Part shown: positions 50,363 to 60,100 of the stretch, piece after piece | How the letters are laid out: each line of letters starts with the position of its first letter | How positions within the stretch are numbered: the stretch's first letter is position 1 | From: an uncultured bacterium | GTDB taxonomy: Bacteria; UBP4; UBA4092 | Direction of reading: 5' to 3' | DNA: 64,000 bases | NCBI GenBank assembly: GCA_964644695.1 | Contig: CAZXWN010000001.1 | Coordinates: 430,869-494,868 of the forward strand | Program-made: the position numbers and the translations under genes | The notes under the pieces: generated by a model | The model's input: the letters and a program-made list of their open reading frames with translations, nothing else | The model's database searches: none | Told to the model about the DNA's origin: nothing

Positions 50363-50908
50363 TTATCTCTTTTTCTTTAAGTTACTTATTGTTTCTTTTC
50401 TTAGTTTCTTTAACTTACCACTCAAAAGATTTCTTTCCAAAGGATCCATTCGATTGGGCAACATAATTCCATCCAGATGGTCTATTTCATGCTGAAGGAT
50501 TCGTGCCAGATATCCGGTTGCATCAATTTCAATCTGATGACCTTTGATGGAGTATGCTTTAACACTAATACCTTCGTATCTGGGAATAGTGGCATCTATG
50601 TCAGGAAAACTTAAACAACCTTCAATCTTTTGAGTAAGAGAAGAATCCGTTATTCGGACAATTCGAGGATTTATCAAAACCAATAGTTGTTTGGAATCTT
50701 GCCCACGTGATGGATCAACACAGACAATCCTGTACGGAAAACCAACTTGGGGTCCAGCTAAACCAACACCATCTTTCTTATACATGGTTTCAATAAAATC
50801 ATCAAAAAAAGTCTTGTATTGATCCAAGGTCGATAAATCCATTTCCTTGGCAGGCTTTTCTAATATTGGATCACCATAATATCTTATCTGTAATATACTC
50901 ATACCCAT
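50363..50908 (-). CDS. def: Peptide deformylase
   Basis: GVGLAGPQ, EGCLS, QHEIDHLDG. Confidence 0.96.
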   Translation of the reverse strand: MGMSILQIRYYGDPILEKPAKEMDLSTLDQYKTFFDDFIETMYKKDGVGLAGPQVGFPYRIVCVDPSRGQDSKQLLVLINPRIVRITDSSLTQKIEGCLSFPDIDATIPRYEGISVKAYSIKGHQIEIDATGYLARILQHEIDHLDGIMLPNRMDPLERNLLSGKLKKLRKETISNLKKKR

Positions 50909-50986
50909 AGTTTATCAAACTCTCCAATTTCACTCAAAATCTTATATATCTTATTCTATTTGCATACTTTTCTCTTTTAAGATATA

Positions 50987-51018
50987 TTATGTCGTAAAAG
51001 ATGTATTTTACGACATAA
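50987..51018. repeat. Perfect 13-6-13 inverted repeat, candidate dif-like recombinase site or operator
   Basis: TTATGTCGTAAAA-GATGTA-TTTTACGACATAA, 38 bp upstream of the recombinase ATG. Confidence 0.7.
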
Positions 51019-51056
51019 CGCATGTAACACAAAAGATGCCCTAGACTGGAAATTAG

Positions 51057-51962
51057 ATGATTAAAAGAACCTTACGCCAATCCATTCAGGAATATATTGC
51101 CTACTTGAAAGTAGAAAAGAATCTTTCATCAGGATCTGTGCGACAGTATAAGTTTGATTTAGAAAAATTTCAACAGTATCTCTCCGGCGATGACAAAGAA
51201 GATTTATCTCTGGAAGTAATCAATACCCCAACCATTCGCGATTTTCTTGCATGGTACCAGACAGAACGGAAAATCAAAAGTTATACAATGGCACGAAAGA
51301 TTTCGTCATTAAAGTCTTTTTTTCAGTTTATGGTGCAACAACATTATATGGAAAATGACCCTATGATGTTTATCAAAAGCCCTAAACTACCCAGAAAACT
51401 ACCTCTTTATCTTACCGAACACGAGTTGACCGATTTTCTAAGCAAACCAGATCGAACAACTCATATGGGACGCCGAGATTTTGCCATTCTAACTCTCTTT
51501 AGTTATACCGGTATGCGTCTCTCGGAATTAACGGGATTAGATTTAGACAGTTACTCTTTTGATTCACGAACGGTCCGGGTTATGGGAAAAGGTTCCAAGG
51601 AAAGGATTCTTCCATTAATTCCCCTTGTTATTGAAGCCTTGAAGGACTATTTAGACATCAGACCGGATGTAAAAGAAAAAGCTCTTTTCCTGAGTAACAG
51701 AGAAATTCGATTTTCAAACCGAGGGATAGAACATATGGTTGATAAATATCGTTTAATGTCTGGAATACCTAAAGGAAAGTTTAGTCCACACAAGCTGCGA
51801 CACACTTTTGCGACTCTCTTGCATCATAAAGATGTCGATATACTTGATATCCAGACCCTGCTGGGTCACCGATCTGTAGCCACAACACAAATATATACTC
51901 ATACTTCCAATAAACGATTACATGATGTTGTTAACAAACTAAATACGTTAGAAAACGAATAA
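51057..51962 (+). CDS. XerC/XerD-family tyrosine recombinase
   Basis: N-terminal SAM-like domain; TGMRLSE, GKGSKER, HKLRHTFAT, LGH, TQIY (complete R-K-H-R-H-Y set). Confidence 0.92.
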   Translation: MIKRTLRQSIQEYIAYLKVEKNLSSGSVRQYKFDLEKFQQYLSGDDKEDLSLEVINTPTIRDFLAWYQTERKIKSYTMARKISSLKSFFQFMVQQHYMENDPMMFIKSPKLPRKLPLYLTEHELTDFLSKPDRTTHMGRRDFAILTLFSYTGMRLSELTGLDLDSYSFDSRTVRVMGKGSKERILPLIPLVIEALKDYLDIRPDVKEKALFLSNREIRFSNRGIEHMVDKYRLMSGIPKGKFSPHKLRHTFATLLHHKDVDILDIQTLLGHRSVATTQIYTHTSNKRLHDVVNKLNTLENE

Positions 51963-51964
51963 CA

Positions 51965-52004
51965 AAACAACATCGAACAAGATGAATCTTGTTCGATGTT
52001 GTTT
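51965..52004. repeat. Dispersed palindrome copy 4, starting 2 bp after the recombinase stop
   Basis: AAACAACATCGAACAAGAT-GA-ATCTTGTTCGATGTTGTTT. Confidence 0.9.
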
Positions 52005-52121
52005 GAGGTGAAATATAAAGGTCTTCCAAATTTGAAAGATTGATTATATTGGATATATATACTATTTATTAATAATACTTATAGTAATTGTCGGCTAACC
52101 ATCCAATCCACTGTCATACGT

Positions 52122-53429
52122 CTATTTTCTTTTTTCAAGGACAACGGAGGGTGCAAAATCTTTTCGCATATATAACCGGTCTAAAACAATAGATAAAGCA
52201 GGACTGATTGAATAAACTTTCTGAAATTGCGAATGAAGGATAAAACGTTGTTCTAAGAGTTTCACAGAGTTTTGAACATCCTCAAAATTCACTATGGATC
52301 GTCCATTTCTCCATGCTCTCACTTTCGAATCCCATTTCAGAAATCCATAAAAACAAAGTAATGATTGGTAACCACGAAAAACACTCAAATCGGTAAATAG
52401 ATTCTTTCGGAAAACCACATGACACCAATATTGCTTCAGAAATTTATCTATTTCAGGAATACTATCGTCAAACACGATTTTATTCACTTCATCAAGATTA
52501 ATCGGGGATATAAGTGGATCATTCGAAATAACATCCTTTAACAATCCCCTGTTTTTCCTGAACTTGAAATAATTACAATACAGTTTGAATACCAGATTAA
52601 AACGTCCCGGTTCATCTTTAACAAAATATAGCCATGTATAAAGGGGCGCCATAAAAGACATGGATAATCGAGGCGATGACTTCATTTTTTCAGCAATCCT
52701 GAATAATGCTTGCCCATTGTTTGAAATCAATTTTTTAATACCACCTACCAGGGTTTCCTCTGGTAAAGTACCCTTACGCATCGCGGTGGTTTCTACTTCC
52801 CGTAAACTGAGTGCGACCTCCCCTACCAGCAACTTGCCAGCCAGCAATATCTGTGAAATCGGACGATCAAATTTGAATAATAACAATAAACATTCTTCTA
52901 AGACCTTATACTCATTCCAGGACAATGAAATCCCTGGATACAGTTCAGGATTATCGGGGAACTTTCTAACACGATAACTTCCCTCATATACTTCCTTTAC
53001 CTCATCCGTTTTTTCCCTGAGTATCCGGCCTTTTCTATTTCGGACAGCATGACAGGCAAATGAAAGTCCAACAACGATACCCTCGGGAGTTTCCATAAAA
53101 TAATAAGGGAACTCTTTACAAACCTGTGGTTTAACGCTGAAGCCGAAGTGCTGATGCATCTGGCATTTACAGTCTTTGTTAAGAAAAATACATTCCCCCT
53201 GCCCGGTTCTCGCAAATGTCATTTTTTCACCAGAGGGTAATGGTTTCTTTAGCTTCTGATAATGGTTAACACCAGATACTTCGGTATTAACCTTATCCCA
53301 TTCCAAATTTCGAACTCGTTCATAAGAAATATCATCAATTCCAATAATCCAATCAGTTCGACAACAATCCCCAGAATTTTGACAATCGTAAACGACTTGA
53401 TCATGGAAAATAAATTTTGTCTCAGACAT
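52122..53429 (-). CDS. YkgJ/FliB-like cysteine-cluster protein
   Basis: CQNSGDCC..WIIGID, CIFL..CKCQMH, KPQVCKEFP. Confidence 0.72.
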   Translation of the reverse strand: MSETKFIFHDQVVYDCQNSGDCCRTDWIIGIDDISYERVRNLEWDKVNTEVSGVNHYQKLKKPLPSGEKMTFARTGQGECIFLNKDCKCQMHQHFGFSVKPQVCKEFPYYFMETPEGIVVGLSFACHAVRNRKGRILREKTDEVKEVYEGSYRVRKFPDNPELYPGISLSWNEYKVLEECLLLLFKFDRPISQILLAGKLLVGEVALSLREVETTAMRKGTLPEETLVGGIKKLISNNGQALFRIAEKMKSSPRLSMSFMAPLYTWLYFVKDEPGRFNLVFKLYCNYFKFRKNRGLLKDVISNDPLISPINLDEVNKIVFDDSIPEIDKFLKQYWCHVVFRKNLFTDLSVFRGYQSLLCFYGFLKWDSKVRAWRNGRSIVNFEDVQNSVKLLEQRFILHSQFQKVYSISPALSIVLDRLYMRKDFAPSVVLEKRK

Positions 53430-53561
53430 TATGTATCAACCTACCTTTGGGTCCATATTATCATATTCAAATTTCAATCGTTAAGCATTGATTTTATTTG
53501 CGATTATGGCACACTAATGGTAAAATATAAGGTCAGTATTGAACTGTAAATGAAGGATATC

Positions 53562-55343
53562 ATGAATCATAATCAAAACCATTCGGAATTAGAAACTCTT
53601 CGTCATAGTTGTGCCCATATCATGGCTCAAGCCGTACTATCACTTTACCCAGGAACTAAACTGGCAATTGGGCCTTCAACCGAAGATGGTTTTTACTATG
53701 ATTTCGACCCTCAGGAAAAACATAAATTTTCCGAACTAGATTTCCCCAAAATTGAAGCTCGTATGCTTGAAATTATTAAGGAAAATCAAGAGTTCATCAA
53801 AACAAACATTTCGAAAGCAGAGGCTATCGCTCGCTTCGAATCTGAAGGTGAAGTTTATAAGCTCGAACTAGTTGAAGGTTTGGAAGATGGAGAGATCACG
53901 TTATTCACTAATGGACCTTTTACTGATTTATGTCGTGGGCCTCACCTTCCATCAACAGGTCAAATTAAAGCGTTTAAATTATTGTCCGTAGCGGGAGCCT
54001 ATTGGCGCGGTTCTGAAAAAAATCCAATGCTCCAAAGAATTTATGGTACATGTTTTTCAACTCAGGAAGAGTTGGATGAATACATTCACCGACTCGAAGA
54101 AGCGAAAAAACGGGACCATCGCAAAGTGGGTAAAGATTTAAAACTGTTTGTGTCCGTACCAGAAATTGGACCCGGCCTTCCCGTGTGGTTACCGGCTGGA
54201 GCAACCATACGTCGGACACTCGAGAGATATATCACTGATTTAGAGCTTCGCAGCGGTTATCATCATGTTTATACTCCTGTGATGGCAAAAACCGAATTAT
54301 ATAAGATTTCTGGTCATTTAGAACATTACAAAGACAGTATGTTCCCTATCATGCAGGTTGATGAAGATGAGTTAGTACTCAGACCCATGTGCTGCCCTCA
54401 TCACATCCAGGTTTACAAAAGTGAAGGAAAACGATCCTATCGTGAACTTCCCTTACGAATCGCTGAACTTGGAAACCAATTCAGGTTTGAACGGTCAGGT
54501 GAACTGAGTGGATTATCCCGTGTCCGTCAAATGTGTCTAAATGATGCGCACATTTTTTGTACAGAAGACCATATTAAAACGGAAGTAATCAGCGTTCTTA
54601 AACTGGTTGAGCAGGCATATAGTGATTTAGGATTAGGAAAAGATTCCTATACATACAGATTATCTCTGAGAGATCCTCAGGATACCGAAAAGTATGTTAA
54701 CAACCCTAAAATGTGGGAAAAAGCTGAAAACGAACTTCGGGAAGTGTTTACCGAACTAGGCCTCCCCCACTATGAAGCCGTTGGTGAAGCCGCATTTTAT
54801 GGGCCGAAAATCGATATCCAATTAAAGAACGTCTTGGGAAAAGAAGAAACAGTTTCAACCATTCAAGTTGACCGTCATCTGCCTGAACGATTCCAATTAG
54901 AATATGTAGGGGAAGATGGTCAACCTCATCGTCCAGTCATGATTCATCGGGGCGTAATATCTACTATGGAAAGAATGGTTTCTTTCTTGATAGAATATTA
55001 TGGAGGTGCGTTCCCTGTATGGTTCTCTCCAGTTCAGGTCGCAATCCTCCCCATAAAAGACAGCGTCATTACCTACTGTCAAAAATTAACAGCTGATTTA
55101 CAAAAAATGGATGTTCGTGTTAATTTGGATGACAGAAATGAAAAATTAGGTCAGAAAATACGAAATGCTCAATTAGCCAAGATCCCTTATATGTTGGTAG
55201 TCGGTGACCGTGAAGTTCAAGATGGTAATGTTGCAGTCCGCCGGCGTGATGGTGTTGATCTTGGTGTAATGCCATTTGATAAATTTGCAGAATTAATTAA
55301 TTCTGATATTAAAAATAAAACCACTTCGTTTCAGAAAGAATAA
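53562..55343 (+). CDS. thrS: Threonine--tRNA ligase lacking the N-terminal TGS domain
   Basis: RHSCAH, DLCRGPH, RDHRK, RPMCCPHH, AFYGPK, MIHRG; AAGGA before ATG 53562. Confidence 0.97.
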   Translation: MNHNQNHSELETLRHSCAHIMAQAVLSLYPGTKLAIGPSTEDGFYYDFDPQEKHKFSELDFPKIEARMLEIIKENQEFIKTNISKAEAIARFESEGEVYKLELVEGLEDGEITLFTNGPFTDLCRGPHLPSTGQIKAFKLLSVAGAYWRGSEKNPMLQRIYGTCFSTQEELDEYIHRLEEAKKRDHRKVGKDLKLFVSVPEIGPGLPVWLPAGATIRRTLERYITDLELRSGYHHVYTPVMAKTELYKISGHLEHYKDSMFPIMQVDEDELVLRPMCCPHHIQVYKSEGKRSYRELPLRIAELGNQFRFERSGELSGLSRVRQMCLNDAHIFCTEDHIKTEVISVLKLVEQAYSDLGLGKDSYTYRLSLRDPQDTEKYVNNPKMWEKAENELREVFTELGLPHYEAVGEAAFYGPKIDIQLKNVLGKEETVSTIQVDRHLPERFQLEYVGEDGQPHRPVMIHRGVISTMERMVSFLIEYYGGAFPVWFSPVQVAILPIKDSVITYCQKLTADLQKMDVRVNLDDRNEKLGQKIRNAQLAKIPYMLVVGDREVQDGNVAVRRRDGVDLGVMPFDKFAELINSDIKNKTTSFQKE

Positions 55344-55356
55344 GGAGGAACAACCT

Positions 55357-55986
55357 ATCTTAAAGCAGCATCCCCCCCGCACCCGAATTAATCAGTTCAT
55401 TCGTGCATCTGAAATCCGCGTAATTGGTGCAGATGGTAGTCCCATCGGAATAATGCCTCTTGCCAGTGCTTTGGATCTCGCGAGGGAACAAGGGTTGGAC
55501 TTGGTTGAGATTGCAAGCCAGGCAACTCCCCCCGTTTGTCGTATCATTGATTTTGGCAAGTATAAATTCGAAATTGCCAAAAAGTCAAAAGAAGCGAAAA
55601 AGAAGCAAAAGGTTGTTAAAGTTAAAGAAGTGGAAATGCGACCCAATATTGATGATCATGACTATGCTACTAAAGTACGTCGGATTATCGAGTTCTTATT
55701 GAAAGACCATAAGGTTAGAGTTGTCGTGAAGTTTATGGGCCGGGAAATTGTTCATAAAGAACGAGGCACCGCACTCATCCAAAAAATTATTGAAGAAACA
55801 AAAGGAATCGGGATCCTTGAGCAACAGGCCAAAATGGAAGGAAGACAATATTTTGCCTTCATGGCCCTTGATCCCAATAAGCGTAAGCAAATGAAGAAAG
55901 GAGAACAGTCCAGTGCCGAAGATGAAGTCACACCGGGGAGCCAAGAAACGGTTCAAACTGACAGCGACCGGGAAGATCAAGTTTAA
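55357..55986 (+). CDS. infC: Translation initiation factor IF-3 (ATC start)
   Basis: AGGAGG at 55343-48, then in-frame ATC TTA AAG...; RINQFIRASEIRVI, GLDLVEI, PPVCRIIDFGKYK. Confidence 0.93.
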   Translation: MLKQHPPRTRINQFIRASEIRVIGADGSPIGIMPLASALDLAREQGLDLVEIASQATPPVCRIIDFGKYKFEIAKKSKEAKKKQKVVKVKEVEMRPNIDDHDYATKVRRIIEFLLKDHKVRVVVKFMGREIVHKERGTALIQKIIEETKGIGILEQQAKMEGRQYFAFMALDPNKRKQMKKGEQSSAEDEVTPGSQETVQTDSDREDQV

Positions 55987-56107
55987 ACGCGCCTTCATGC
56001 GCCACCTGCAGTCCAATAAAACAAAAGCACAAAAACGGGTTCTTGGTAAAGCCGGATATTTACAAAAAGGCGATGCCAAAACCATTAGACGTCTGATTGC
56101 TGTTTAA
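55913..56107 (+). CDS. rpmI: 50S ribosomal protein L35
   Basis: (M)PKMKSHRGAKKRFKLTATGK; AAGGAG RBS with GTG start. Confidence 0.95.
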   Translation: MPKMKSHRGAKKRFKLTATGKIKFKRAFMRHLQSNKTKAQKRVLGKAGYLQKGDAKTIRRLIAV

Positions 56108-56174
56108 TCCGCCCCGAATAATCAGCTCAATCAGTCATCCTAGCAATAGTGATTCTTTAGAAAGGATATAACCG

Positions 56175-56534
56175 ATGCCTCGCGTAAAAAGTGGAATTAT
56201 TAGCCATAGACGTCTAAAAAAGGTCCTTAAACGGGCAAAAGGCTTCTATGGTGGAAAACATAGCCTTTATCGCAGTGCAAACGAAGCATTGATGCGCGCC
56301 GGTCAATATGCATTTCGTGACCGCCGTGTTCGTAAACGTGAATTTCGCGCTTTATGGATTATGCGTATCAATACAGCAGTTCGCAGCTACGGTATCAATT
56401 ACAGTCAATTAATCTTCGGATTAAATAAAGCCAATATTCAGATTGACAGAAAGAATATGGCTGAACTGGCTGTTAACGATCCTGCAGCTTTTGAACAGTT
56501 GGCTTTAACTGCCAAGTCTCAATTATCCGCCTAA
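56175..56534 (+). CDS. rplT: 50S ribosomal protein L20
   Basis: MPRVK, AKGFYG, YAFRDRR, FRALWIMRIN. Confidence 0.97.
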   Translation: MPRVKSGIISHRRLKKVLKRAKGFYGGKHSLYRSANEALMRAGQYAFRDRRVRKREFRALWIMRINTAVRSYGINYSQLIFGLNKANIQIDRKNMAELAVNDPAAFEQLALTAKSQLSA

Positions 56535-56550
56535 TTGGATAATTATATAA

Positions 56551-56582
56551 AAAAAGAACCGGGTGTTATCCCGGTTCTTTTT
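56551..56582. terminator. Bidirectional intrinsic terminator
   Basis: AAAAAGAACCGGG-TGTTAT-CCCGGTTCTTTTT between convergent genes. Confidence 0.9.
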
Positions 56583-56594
56583 CTTTTTCAAAAT

Positions 56595-57116
56595 CTATTC
56601 TATATCATTTAATGGTTCAGATAATTGGAAAACAATCTCTTCGGATAAATCTTCTAATACTCTTCTGCGAGCTTCTGATTCTGTCTCAAAATCAATATTA
56701 TTTCTAAGTGGAACATATGTTGAATCTATTTTCACATTACTCAGTTTTCTAATTACTTTATTATTCTTTAAATCCCAGACTTCAATGTCCGCACCTATTG
56801 AAATAGCGTACAATGTCGTATTATCAAAGCGATCTACAGCCGCAATTGATCTGTTATAGTGAACTACCAATCCCTTAACAAGGTAATCAGCTTTACTAAC
56901 ATTTACAATATGTACCCGACCATCCGCTAAGAATTCATCAATGACTAAATTAGTCAGCGTTTCTTCTATTCCAGGCTGGAAGGTCTCATTATGAAACATT
57001 GCTACACCCAAATTAATATTGGGAAAAGATCCATCTTTCCTGATGTTGTGCTGATTATGCGCACACCCGGTTAAAATCATTAAACATAATGCAATACTAA
57101 TTAAACATTTTTTCAC
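56595..57116 (-). CDS. lptE: LptE-like LPS-assembly lipoprotein
   Basis: Lipobox LTGC; FHNETFQPGIEETLT..EF..DGR, ADYLVKG, C-terminal helix; probable GTG start at 57116. Confidence 0.65.
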   Translation of the reverse strand: MKKCLISIALCLMILTGCAHNQHNIRKDGSFPNINLGVAMFHNETFQPGIEETLTNLVIDEFLADGRVHIVNVSKADYLVKGLVVHYNRSIAAVDRFDNTTLYAISIGADIEVWDLKNNKVIRKLSNVKIDSTYVPLRNNIDFETESEARRRVLEDLSEEIVFQLSEPLNDIE

Positions 57117-60100
57117 GACACATTTCCAACGCTTTCTGACATTCACCAGCAGTTTGATACCGGTGGTCCGGATTCTTATTTAAACATTTCATTATAACCT
57201 CAATTAAGCACTCAGGAACATCTGAATCGTTTATTTGGGGTGGTGGAACATGAACATGCTGATAACTTATATTGCCTGTACTATAGGGAGGATTTCCTAC
57301 CACCAACTCATAAAAGAGCACACCCATTGAATAAATATCAGCACGACCATCAACATGCCTACCCTCAGCTTGCTCAGGTGACATATACAATGGCGTTCCA
57401 ATCATTGCTCCAGTTTGTGTCAATCCAGCTCTCTCCAGCATTGAAGCTATTCCAAAGTCCATAATTTTTATCTGCCCATCCTGACTAATCATAATATTGG
57501 CAGGCTTGATATCACGATGAACAACCTTCATTCTGTGAGCATAATCCAATGCCGATGAGACACTTATGCCCATATCTATAACCGACAACGGAGATAATTT
57601 CCCCTTCTCCTGTAAAATCTCTTTGAGATTCTTTCCTTCCATGTATTCCATGGAAATAAATCTACGACCTTCTTCTTCACCCAAATCAAATATCCGGATA
57701 ATATGTGGATGAGATAACCTTCGCGTAGATCTTACTTCCTGCTTAAATCTCTCAACAATCATCGCATCATTATGTAATTCAACAGGCAGATACTTCAAAG
57801 CAACAGGTTCATCCAGCTCACGATCATGGGCCAAATATACTACTCCCATATTCCCACGACCCAACTCACGAACAAGCTCATATCGTTTATTTAACTCAGC
57901 ATTATCAACTTGAGTTCCAATGAGAGTATCCTGTCCTGTATTAGTTAGAGCTCCACCACCATTTGATATTTCATCTCGAATTTTAGGAATTAGATATTTC
58001 AAATCTTTATAACTTACATCTTCTGTCATTATTTTTTCAAATATATTCAATGCTTTTGCTAGATGTTTTCTTTCTAAATATTTCTGTCCTAACTCATACC
58101 ATGCATCAAGATTTATATCTTTAATTCCCAAGGATTCTAATATTTGACTAGCTAAATCAAGTATGCCAGACCGAATTAAACAGAAAGAAAGGTAATATTT
58201 TGATAAATCGACATTATATGAAGATTTAATTGATTTTTGAAAACAATCAATCGCTCGATCATAATCACAGCCTTTAAATAATAACTCCCCTAATTTAAAG
58301 TGATATATTGGATTTTCTTCATCAGATTGCATTTTACTGATATATAAATTTTCCAATAATTGAGACGTTTGTTCATCAAGGGAACTCAATGATTCAATAT
58401 CTTTAATAGCTTTATCAATCATTTGGTTTTCAGCTTGCAATACCGATTTTTTAATTAATATTTCAATATTTTCCCGATTATGGTCCCAATATGTTTGATA
58501 AAGATTTATCTTTTCAATATCATCGTTTATTGTAGTTTCCAACTGTTGTTCAATAAGAAGAGCTTTGTCATTAAATCCAGCTTTTAAATATGCTTTCATT
58601 AAACAGATTTGGATGGGAATATCAAACCCGAGTTGAGATAGTTCCTCATAACATTTTAAAGGGCCTAGCATATCGTTCGGACTACGTTCTTCCCATAGAC
58701 TGATAAAATTAAGAGCGGGAGTTATTTCTCCTCTAATAGAATATATTTGGGCTAAATATGAAACAAACAGTAGTTCTTTTGGATTACCCTGATGAGCCTT
58801 TTCGATTATTGATACAGACTCAGGGGAAGTATCATTGCCTCTTGCTAACGTTTTTGCCAACCAATCAATCAAAATTGAATCATTAGGCGTTTTCCTATAA
58901 TTCTCACGAAATACTTCTAATGCCCTGTCCAACATTTCAGACTTATAGTAAATAATCCCCTTCAGGATGCTACATTCAGGAGAAAGCGCTTCTTGAGGAA
59001 CTAAGTTAATAGTTTCCAGGGCCTTAACCTGATCATCTTTTTTTGCATAAAGACATGCAAGTCGTTGATGATATTCATATTTAACCGGATAAAGGAGAAT
59101 AGCTGATTGCAATACTTCTAAGACGATTGCCTTTTCACTGCCCGAACCAAGGTAAGTATCTGCCATCAAGTTTACTAAAATTGCATCATTCTGCCGCTCT
59201 GAATAAACAGATTCATAAACTTGAAGAGCAACAATATCATTACGACCTAAAGACAAATAAGCATCTGTTAATGCATTTAATATTTGAGATTTTTTGTTTG
59301 CAATATCTTTCAGTTTTTCCAGTAATGGAATAGCATCTTTGAACTGCTTATTTTCCATGAGGGCCAAGGCCAATTCCTCTTGAATCTGAACATCATCAGC
59401 CTTGAATCGTAAAGCCTGCCTATATAGCTGTACAGCACCGATATCTCTTGCATTTTGGGAGGCATATCCCTTCGCTAATTGATAAATCACAATTCCATTA
59501 TCGGACGCAATTTCTGGATTCTCGTCATATACACTTTGATATAAAGCTAAAACTTCTGGATCTCGAATATTCTTTCGGGCATAAGCGATAGCAAGTTCCA
59601 GTTTAAATTTATCACTATGTTTCTCAATGAATTTGCGATGCTTTTCAAAAACAGAATCTAAATCTTTGGATAATAATAATTTCTTAATATTTTGTATAGT
59701 AACTTTTTTCTTTTTCTTAAAATAAAACAACAATACAGGTAATAAAGCTATTAATACTAATGAAGAAATGATTAAATTAATCAGCGGCTTATTACGTCCA
59801 AACTGTATCTTTCGAATTTCATTTATAGCACCAGTGTGATGAGGATTGGACTCTAATACTTTCTTCAACATATTCAGCGCAGCATCTAAATTATGTTGTT
59901 TTTTTAGACTAATAGCCTCTTGATATAAGCCTTCAATAATTCGCTGGTTATCATGACTACGTTTGAGCATCCAGTATGCATATGATTTATTTACCTGGGA
60001 CGTTCGATAATTATTTGCTAAATACATGGGCCATGATATCAAACCATTATCTACAATTCCTTTTGTATTAAATAAAATGAGTTTATTTTCTGTAAAGATC

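Noticed and set aside
45588-51962. Integrative element bounded by tRNA-Phe and the tyrosine recombinase
   Set aside because: The interval contains the housekeeping genes def and fmt, I saw no duplicated tRNA 3' end, and the recombinase looks Xer-like.
5562-52004. Palindrome copies as a CRISPR array or integron attC sites
   Set aside because: Copies are 13-19 kb apart next to core genes, have no spacers, are shorter than attC sites and lack their extrahelical pattern; the recombinase lacks the IntI-specific insertion.
32963-53561. T-box riboswitches upstream of leuS, tyrS or thrS
   Set aside because: The leaders are too short (about 90-130 bp) and I saw no T-box consensus.
53562-53700. thrS lacking the TGS domain as a pseudogene
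   Set aside because: It has an RBS and intact editing, catalytic and anticodon-binding domains; TGS-less ThrRS is known in other bacteria.
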